This document shows positions 8,532 through 14,705 of a DNA stretch of 17,129 nt, piece by piece. Under the pieces are notes generated by a model, which saw nothing but the letters and a program-made list of their open reading frames with translations, ran no database searches and was not told the origin of the DNA. The translations under genes were made by a program, and so were the position numbers. Source of the DNA: Opitutia bacterium. GTDB taxonomy: Bacteria > Verrucomicrobiota > Verrucomicrobiia > Opitutales > T3Sed10-336. The stretch's first letter is position 1; each line of letters starts with the position of its first letter. The stretch covers positions 1 through 17,129 of the forward strand of contig JBJHCF010000066.1 of NCBI GenBank assembly GCA_050506795.1. Reading direction: 5' to 3'.

Positions 8532-8665
8532 CGCCTGTTATTCCAAACCTTTTTGCAATCTCCCGCCAGTGCAAGTGGGTGTGCGATCAACAATTTCAAC
8601 CAACTCCTCAGCCGGCTCAAATCTTCGAGCGCGATTCCACCTAACGACTCGTACCGAGCCCTTGA

Positions 8666-9010
8666 TCAATCATCGAACCATTCGTCTTCCGGATCGAAGG
8701 CGGGAATGGGAATGTTGACGATTCGCAATGGCCCAACCGCGCGATGGCGGCAGCCGGGCTTAATGAGAATACTTGTCATCGGCTTCACCGCCACCAGCTC
8801 GCCGTCGAGCTCCATGTGACCTTCGCCTTCCAGAATCAGGTAAATTTCCGTCAGCTTCTTGTGATAATGACTTCTGCTGTCATTGGAGATATCCACAAGG
8901 TGAAGCGTTGCCACGGAATTGTCGGGGCGCACGAACGCGCGCCGGGTCGTCCCGCAAGGGCATTGCACGGACTCGATCTCTTCCAATTGTTCGATAATGT
9001 AGTTCTTCAT
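8666..9010 (-). CDS. Cupin domain protein
   Basis: Cupin motif 1 HYHKKLTEIYLILEGEG and motif 2 IKPGCRHRA. Start placed at ATG 9010, preceded by a GAGGA Shine-Dalgarno, rather than the TTG at 9025. Confidence 0.88.
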   Translation of the reverse strand: MKNYIIEQLEEIESVQCPCGTTRRAFVRPDNSVATLHLVDISNDSRSHYHKKLTEIYLILEGEGHMELDGELVAVKPMTSILIKPGCRHRAVGPLRIVNIPIPAFDPEDEWFDD

Positions 9011-9208
9011 TGGTCCTCGTTTCAAAGGTCGGGGTGGGCGCGCGAAAGTTGGCGCTTGTTTTGGTTCGTTTCGCCGGCCTTGCGGGCAATTTCAGTTTGG
9101 CCCTTCCGCAAGCGAGGGGCAAGTTCCGAACAACAGCCTCTCCGGAAGGTAAAGGAGATGTTATTTGTCGGGTTTTCCATTATGTTTATTTGCGCCCGCC
9201 GGGTTGGG

Positions 9209-10495
9209 ATGTCTTTCCTTGGCCACATGTACGCCAATGAGGAATTGATTCCCGAGCCGCCGGAAGTAACCGCATCCGACGACGGTTCAGGGGAGGCCGT
9301 GATTAACGTCGAATCGATTGAGCCCGGCGTTCCTGATTTTTCCGGACTGCAGGGCGCCGGCGACCGCGGCTGGCGGGACGCGATGATCGCTCTGCTGCGG
9401 CACGCGACGGCGAGCGGCGCGAGCGATCTCCACCTGAGCGCGGCGGCGCGGCCGTTCGTGCGGCGCAATCGCGAAAACGAGTACCTGGATTCCGAACCGC
9501 TCAGCGCCGAAGTCGCGGCAGGGCTGAACCGCGCGCTCCTGTCCCCGGCCCAGTGGGCCACCTTTCAGAACCATCAGGATTTCGACTTTGCGCTGCCCTT
9601 CTCCTCCGGCGAACGCTACCGCGCCAATCTCATGGTCCACAAGGACGGGTGCGCCGGTTCCTATCGAACGGTTCCCAGCGAGCTTCGATCCTTCACGGAA
9701 CTCGGCTTCCGCGACACAAAAACGATCGAAAAGCTGCTGGCCTACCACAACGGCCTGATCATCGTCGCGGGTCCGGTCGGCTCCGGAAAAACCACCACCC
9801 TCGCCTCCCTGGTGCATCACCTCAACCTGACGCGAGAGGATCATCTCATCTCCGTGGAGGAACCGATCGAGTTCGTTCATCAACCCAACCGCTGCGCCAT
9901 TACCCAACGCGGCGTCGGCCAGCACACCCAGACCTTTCACCGAGCCTTGAAAGGCGCGCTCCGGCAGGACCCGGACATCATTGTCATCGGTGAAATGCGC
10001 GACCTTGAAACCGTCGAAATGGCCATCAGCGCTTCCGAAACCGGGCACCTCGTTATCGGAACCATGCACACGAGCGACGCCGCCACGACTCTGAACCGGC
10101 TTCTCGACGTCTTTCCACCCGCCCAGCAGCCTCAAATCCGAGCGATGGTGGCCGAAAGTTTGCGCGGGATCATCTGCCAGCGTTTGCTTCCGTCCAAAAA
10201 CGGCGGGCTCGCCCTCGCGTGCGAACTCCTGGTCCGGAACACCGCCGTTTCCGCCCTGATCCGCGAAGGCAAGACCCAGGGACTCGGCAACGTGATGGAA
10301 ACGGGGAAAGCCGAAGGCATGGTGAGCATGGACAGCTCGGTGATGGCGTTGTGGCACGAAGGAAAGCTCTCCGACGAAATCGCCCTGGCCAATCTGCGAA
10401 GCGAGATCGCGGGCCGGGAAATCCGCATGCCGGCTCCCGCCGCCCCACCTCCGCCCGAACCCAAGAAACGCGGGCTCTTTGGCCGCAATCGATAA
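9209..10495 (+). CDS. pilT: PilT/PilU-family type IV pilus retraction ATPase (copy 1)
   Basis: Motifs ASDLHL, Walker A GPVGSGKTTT, Asp box EEPIEF, ALRQDPDIIVIGEMRD, His box GTMHT, and the AIRNLIRE equivalent AVSALIRE. The start is uncertain (ATG 9209 or 9227). The ORF-track start at 8744 overlaps the cupin gene and is unlikely. Confidence 0.88.
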   Translation: MSFLGHMYANEELIPEPPEVTASDDGSGEAVINVESIEPGVPDFSGLQGAGDRGWRDAMIALLRHATASGASDLHLSAAARPFVRRNRENEYLDSEPLSAEVAAGLNRALLSPAQWATFQNHQDFDFALPFSSGERYRANLMVHKDGCAGSYRTVPSELRSFTELGFRDTKTIEKLLAYHNGLIIVAGPVGSGKTTTLASLVHHLNLTREDHLISVEEPIEFVHQPNRCAITQRGVGQHTQTFHRALKGALRQDPDIIVIGEMRDLETVEMAISASETGHLVIGTMHTSDAATTLNRLLDVFPPAQQPQIRAMVAESLRGIICQRLLPSKNGGLALACELLVRNTAVSALIREGKTQGLGNVMETGKAEGMVSMDSSVMALWHEGKLSDEIALANLRSEIAGREIRMPAPAAPPPPEPKKRGLFGRNR

Positions 10496-10499
10496 TACC

Positions 10500-11555
10500 A
10501 TGGCACAACTCGACCGCTACTTACGTCAAATGCTTGAGGCGGACGGCTCCGACCTCCACCTCAGCGTGGGCTCGCCTCCGAAAATTCGTTCCTCGGGAGT
10601 GATCCTTCCGCTCGAAGACACCGTCCTGACCGCCGGCGATATGAGCGAACTCCTGCGGGAAATCTGTCCGGAAGACCGTTGGACCGATTACCTCGACCAC
10701 CAGGATCTGGACCTGGCCTACGAAATCCCCGGGCTCGCCCGGTTCCGCGGCAGTTTCCTCTACAATCACTGGGGCCAGGCCGCCGTCTTCCGCCAGATTC
10801 CCGCCGACATCCTTTCCTTCGACAAACTCGGTCTGCCCGACGTGCTTCGCCAGGTATGCGGTTACAACGAGGGGCTGATCCTCGTTACAGGCCCGACGGG
10901 AAGCGGCAAGTCGACCACGCTCGCCGCGATGATCGACTACATCAACGAGCATTATCAAAAGCACATCATCACCATCGAGGATCCGATCGAGTTCGTGCAT
11001 CCCAAGAAGCGCAGCGTGATCGTTCATCGCGAAGTGGGCTCCCACACCGACTCCTTCGCCAGGGCCTTGCGCGGAGCCATGCGCGCCGATCCGGACATCG
11101 TGCTGGTCGGGGAAATGCGGGAACTGGAAACGATCAAGCTGGCCCTGAACTGTGCCTCCATGGGCATGCTCGTCTTCGGGACGTTGCACACCAACAACGC
11201 GCCGAAAACCATCGACCGCATCATCGACGCGTTTCCGGCCGACGAACAGGCGCAGATCCGTATCATGCTGGCCAACAGTCTCGCCTGTGTCGTTTCTCAG
11301 CTGCTCTGCAAGCGTCAACCCAAAGGCCGGGTCGCCGTGCATGAAATCCTGCTCAAACACGATGCTCTTCCCAACACCATACGGACCGGACGCATCAGCG
11401 ACATCCGCGGCATCATCGAAAGCGGCTCGGCCCAGGGCATGCGCATGATGGACAGTTCCATCCGCAAATGCCTTGAAGCCGGCACGATTTCGAAAGAGGA
11501 AGCGTACATGAAGGCCTCAGACAAGGACGCCTTCTCCCATTTGCTGACGCCTTGA
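10500..11555 (+). CDS. pilT: PilT/PilU-family type IV pilus retraction ATPase (copy 2)
   Basis: Motifs GSDLHLSVGSPP, Walker A GPTGSGKSTT, EDPIEF, AMRADPDIVLVGEMRE and GTLHTNNA. The ATG at 10500 lies 4 nt after the stop of copy 1 (TAA tacc ATG). Confidence 0.92.
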   Translation: MAQLDRYLRQMLEADGSDLHLSVGSPPKIRSSGVILPLEDTVLTAGDMSELLREICPEDRWTDYLDHQDLDLAYEIPGLARFRGSFLYNHWGQAAVFRQIPADILSFDKLGLPDVLRQVCGYNEGLILVTGPTGSGKSTTLAAMIDYINEHYQKHIITIEDPIEFVHPKKRSVIVHREVGSHTDSFARALRGAMRADPDIVLVGEMRELETIKLALNCASMGMLVFGTLHTNNAPKTIDRIIDAFPADEQAQIRIMLANSLACVVSQLLCKRQPKGRVAVHEILLKHDALPNTIRTGRISDIRGIIESGSAQGMRMMDSSIRKCLEAGTISKEEAYMKASDKDAFSHLLTP

Positions 11556-11651
11556 CCCCGGTCTCGGTCGGGCGTCCGAGGACGAAGGGATGTACCGTGC
11601 GCTTGTGCGCCAAATGGCCATGACCCTTTACCGGCAAACCAAACAGCAACG

Positions 11652-12458
11652 TTACTTCTTTGGCCGTGCGTGGAAGGTGTAAAATACTCCGGCGGCGAAG
11701 AACGTTCCGTTCTCGTGGGATTGAATCATGTGCCTGACCCACGATTCGGCTTCTTCCGGGGAGAGTATGCCAAGAGTGGGGATCAGGCGCGCGAAACCGT
11801 GCACGCTGGAAAGCCAGTAGTCTCCCTTGCCGCATTCGGAGATCACTTCGGAATCGTGGTTCGACAGCTCGAATTCAGCCGTTTTCAGAAGGCGCGGAAG
11901 CTGACGGCAGACGTCGGGATGAGTGGCGATCGCCGAGGTCAATAGATGGTCGATGCGACGAGTCACCTCGTAGCTCGGCTGGCTGTAGGTTGTGCCGGCA
12001 TGATCGGCGTCAAACACGATGAGACGCCCGCTCGTTTTTAAAACCCGATACGCCTCCTTGAGAATGGCCTCTGGATCAGGAACATGGCTCAGCAGCGTGT
12101 GCATGACAACAACATCAAACGTCGATTCCGCGTAAGGCAGCGGGCCGGGCGACAGGTGATCCCATTGGACCCCGATGTCCGGAGCCAGGCGAGCGGCTTC
12201 TTTCAATAGAACCGCGCTGACGTCCCCTCCGTGCAGCGTTGAGGACGCGTGAAGGACTTCCGCGAGCTGGCGGACGACCACTCCCGTGCCGCAGCCGAGA
12301 TCGAGGACTGTCAGTGGCTCGTCGCGCGGTAACGTCGCCGAATACTTCCGGATCATCCGCAGGAATCGGCTATCCCGGCCTCGTTCTTCCAGACGGGTAA
12401 TCATCGCTTGAGTCGCGGCTTCGGACTGAGCATCCGGGTTCGTGTAGGGATCAGGCAT
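11652..12458 (-). CDS. Class I SAM-dependent methyltransferase (UbiE/Methyltransf_11-like, small-molecule substrate unknown)
   Basis: Motif [10 protein letters not shown], followed by [23 protein letters not shown] and [13 protein letters not shown]. Confidence 0.88.
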   Translation of the reverse strand: MPDPYTNPDAQSEAATQAMITRLEERGRDSRFLRMIRKYSATLPRDEPLTVLDLGCGTGVVVRQLAEVLHASSTLHGGDVSAVLLKEAARLAPDIGVQWDHLSPGPLPYAESTFDVVVMHTLLSHVPDPEAILKEAYRVLKTSGRLIVFDADHAGTTYSQPSYEVTRRIDHLLTSAIATHPDVCRQLPRLLKTAEFELSNHDSEVISECGKGDYWLSSVHGFARLIPTLGILSPEEAESWVRHMIQSHENGTFFAAGVFYTFHARPKK

Positions 12459-12508
12459 AAGCTTATTGGTTTTTTATCGCCGGGAACAGGGCAGACAGGC
12501 CCCCAACC

Positions 12509-12550
12509 TAACCGCAGAACGGTTATCGACACAACCGTTAACGGTTAACA
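12509..12550. promoter_or_regulatory. Cluster of palindromic operator-like sites between the divergent methyltransferase and melA genes
   Basis: TAACCG-N5-CGGTTA at 12509-12525, a perfect 14-bp palindrome AACCGTTAACGGTT at 12533-12546, and an overlapping GTTAACGGTTAAC at 12537-12549. These resemble LacI/GalR-type AAnCGnTT operators. Confidence 0.55.
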
Positions 12551-12604
12551 CAAACAATGCTCCGCCAACAGGTCCACCCGACGCCCGCGACCCACGGGAA
12601 GCCG

Positions 12605-12633
12605 TTGACAGAATCACCACGAACTGACACGTT
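12605..12633 (+). promoter_or_regulatory. Possible sigma70 promoter for melA
   Basis: Perfect TTGACA at 12605-12610. At 17-nt spacing the -10 is only CACGTT (weak). Confidence 0.3.
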
Positions 12634-12692
12634 CCCAAAAAACCTTGAAACGGCATCCCTCCGTGAACGAGGGACAAAAGAAAGGATCAGAT

Positions 12693-14111
12693 ATGGCGAA
12701 GATTGCGATGATCGGTGCGGGAAGTTTGGTTTTCTGCAAAACCCTGATGGCGGACTTTCTGGCGACACCCGCGCTGGCGGGAAGTGAATATCGGCTGATG
12801 GCGCTGACCCACACCCGCCTGGACAAAATGCACGACTTCGTTAAGCGGATGATCAGCGACAACGGCATCGATGCGAGCGTGATGGCCACGACCGACCGCC
12901 GGGAAGCGCTCAAAGACGCGGATTACGTGGTGGTGATGTTGCAGGCCGGGGGCGTTGCCGAGTTCGCCCAGGATTATGAGATTCCGCTCAAATACGGTGT
13001 CGACCAGTGCATCGGCGATACCCTGGGGCCGGGAGGCGTGTTCCGGGCCCTGCGGCACATTCCGGCGCTGCTGGAGATCGCCGAGGACATGCGTGAGCTG
13101 TGTCCGAACGCCATCCTGTTCAACTACGCCAATCCGATGGCCATGTGTTGCTCGGCTCTCGGCCGGGTGCCGGATCTCCAGTTTGTCGGCCTTTGCCATG
13201 GCGTGCAGACGACGATGGACCTGATCGCGAGCTACACCGACGTCCCCAAGGAGGAGATCGATTTTGTGGCCGCGGGCATCAATCACATGGCGTGGTTCCT
13301 GAAACTCGAGCACCAGGGCCGGGATTTGTATCCGCTGCTGAAAGCGAATTTTGAGAAGCCGGGTTATTATGTGAACGAAAAGGTGCGGGGTGAGGTGATG
13401 CGGCATTTCGGTTATTTTATGACCGAGAGCACCGGACACCTTTCGGAATACCTGCCCTATTTTCGCAAGAACCAAAAGGCGTTGGATCTGTACTGCGACG
13501 AGCCGGCCTTCGGCGGCGAAAGCGGCGCCTATTATAAATACTGCGCCATGCTGGCGGAAAAATTCAGCAAAACGGATCCGCTGTCGATCGAGTCGACCGA
13601 ACTGGGCGAACGCAGCGCGGAGTATTGTTCCCACATCATCGAGGCGAAGGAAACCGGTGAGGTTTTTCGCCTTAACGGAAACGTTCGCAACGACGGCTAC
13701 ATCACCAACCTGCCCAACGGGTGCTGCGTTGAAGTGCCGATTTTTGTGGACCGCAACGGCTTGCAGCCGACAGTGGTGGGCGACCTGCCGCCGCAATGCG
13801 CCGCCTTGAACATGACCAACGTGCTGGTCCAGCAGTTGACGGTGGAAGCAAGCTTCACCGGCGACGTCGAACTGGTGATGCAGGCGGTGGCGCTGGATCC
13901 GCTAACGGCGGCGGTGCTGACGCTGGATGAGATCCGCCAGATGACGGCCGAGATGCTGGAAGCCGAGGCGAAGTACCTGCCGCAGTTCGCCGGGAAAACA
14001 CTCCGAAAAGTGCCGCCGATCCAGGTGCCGGCCGACGTCGTGCGCCAGGATGTTCCGGTCGACCCGGCCCTGGCGATCGCCAACCGTTTCGGAAAACTGG
14101 CCGAAGCGTAG
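12693..14111 (+). CDS. melA: Glycoside hydrolase family 4 NAD+/Mn2+-dependent alpha-galactosidase
   Basis: Motifs KIAMIGAGSLVF, GDTLGPGGVFRALRHIP, NYANPM, VGLCHGVQ, GINHMAW, TESTGHLSEY and NVRNDGYITNLP..CCVEVP. Start ATG 12693 with an AAGGA Shine-Dalgarno. Confidence 0.9.
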   Translation: MAKIAMIGAGSLVFCKTLMADFLATPALAGSEYRLMALTHTRLDKMHDFVKRMISDNGIDASVMATTDRREALKDADYVVVMLQAGGVAEFAQDYEIPLKYGVDQCIGDTLGPGGVFRALRHIPALLEIAEDMRELCPNAILFNYANPMAMCCSALGRVPDLQFVGLCHGVQTTMDLIASYTDVPKEEIDFVAAGINHMAWFLKLEHQGRDLYPLLKANFEKPGYYVNEKVRGEVMRHFGYFMTESTGHLSEYLPYFRKNQKALDLYCDEPAFGGESGAYYKYCAMLAEKFSKTDPLSIESTELGERSAEYCSHIIEAKETGEVFRLNGNVRNDGYITNLPNGCCVEVPIFVDRNGLQPTVVGDLPPQCAALNMTNVLVQQLTVEASFTGDVELVMQAVALDPLTAAVLTLDEIRQMTAEMLEAEAKYLPQFAGKTLRKVPPIQVPADVVRQDVPVDPALAIANRFGKLAEA

Positions 14112-14242
14112 GCGAATGGGTTCCGTGCTCCCAACCCGGCGGCGTCGGTAGCGATCGGGAGTTACATAGAGGGCACTCGGTTAAGGCAGGTGGTCGGTGA
14201 GAATCGGACGGAGGAGGAACAGAGTTATTCATCGGGTTCGCA

Positions 14243-14330
14243 GACACACCCCACCGCTCTTGTTAGAGGGGATCAAATAACAATTCCCCTCTTGAGAGGG
14301 GGGCCCCGCGCCTGCGGGGTGGGGTGTGTC
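14243..14330. repeat. Palindromic CCCCTCT/AGAGGGG-type repeat pair (REP-like stem-loop)
   Basis: 13-bp perfect IR GACACACCCCACC (14243-14255) / GGTGGGGTGTGTC (14318-14330), an inner IR AGAGGGGA (14265-14272) / TCCCCTCT (14285-14292), and an overlapping CCCCTCTTGAGAGGGG. Confidence 0.75.
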
Positions 14331-14536
14331 GTTACCGCGCAGCAGCGAGATTCAGTGCTCGACAACACCCTTAACCGAGTAGCATTCCGGTTAAGGCGGC
14401 TCATCGTTTGATGAAGCAAAAAAATACAACGGACGAAGCGCAGCAGCGCGTAGATGGTGAGCGAACGCGAGTCCCGAAGGGACGATTTCCGGCGGGTGCC
14501 CTCTGGGCGACGGGAACCGCAAATGCGGAGATTGGA

Positions 14537-14600
14537 CTCACACGGAGCCACAAAGTCACGGAGATTCTTACAGGACGCACCTCCGTGAGCTCAGTGTGAG
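14537..14600. repeat. CACGGAG/CTCCGTG inverted-repeat element
   Basis: CTCACACGGAGCCACAAAGTCACGGAG (14537-14563) pairs with CTCCGTGAGCTCAGTGTGAG (14581-14600), with a 7-nt bulge and one mismatch. Confidence 0.7.
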
Positions 14601-14705
14601 AACCTTCACCGTTCAGCAATGTTTTAACAGGGTATGGTTTTGGTGATCTTGCCAAAGTAGGACTACTCTGCTTCGATCCACCACCTTAACCGAGTGCCAT
14701 TCGGG

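Larger units (their letters stand above)
14168..14702. mobile_element. Non-autonomous composite element (MITE-like) bounded by IS4-family-type terminal inverted repeats
   Basis: Perfect 15-bp inverted repeat GGCACTCGGTTAAGG (14172-14186) / CCTTAACCGAGTGCC (14684-14698). The right end CTTAACCGAGTGCCATTC (14685-14702) has the xAATG....x.GTTAAG form of IS4-subgroup ends. A second right end, CTTAACCGAGTAGCATTC, lies internally at 14370-14387. No transposase ORF is present. Confidence 0.7.

Noticed and set aside
8532..8665. ACCTAAC/GTTAGGT resembling an integron attC core between the SDR and cupin genes
   Set aside because: No partner core site, no extended imperfect palindrome and no cassette array.
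8744..9208. 155-aa N-terminal extension of PilT copy 1 in the ORF track
   Set aside because: It overlaps the cupin gene on the opposite strand and the divergent intergenic region, and it reads as non-coding sequence.
9287..13796. Long antisense ORFs (9287-10501, 10521-11360, 12687-13796)
   Set aside because: Typical shadow ORFs opposite well-supported GC-rich genes, with no protein-family motifs.
14128..14161. CTCCC...GGGAG stem after melA as an intrinsic terminator
   Set aside because: Only 5 clean base pairs, a large loop and no U-tract.
14190..14655. Short ORFs in the melA-propeller gap as a transposase remnant or small proteins
   Set aside because: The translations are dominated by repeat-derived sequence (e.g. 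SVTLWLRVS, IPLLRGGPRACGVGCV). No DDE or HUH motifs.
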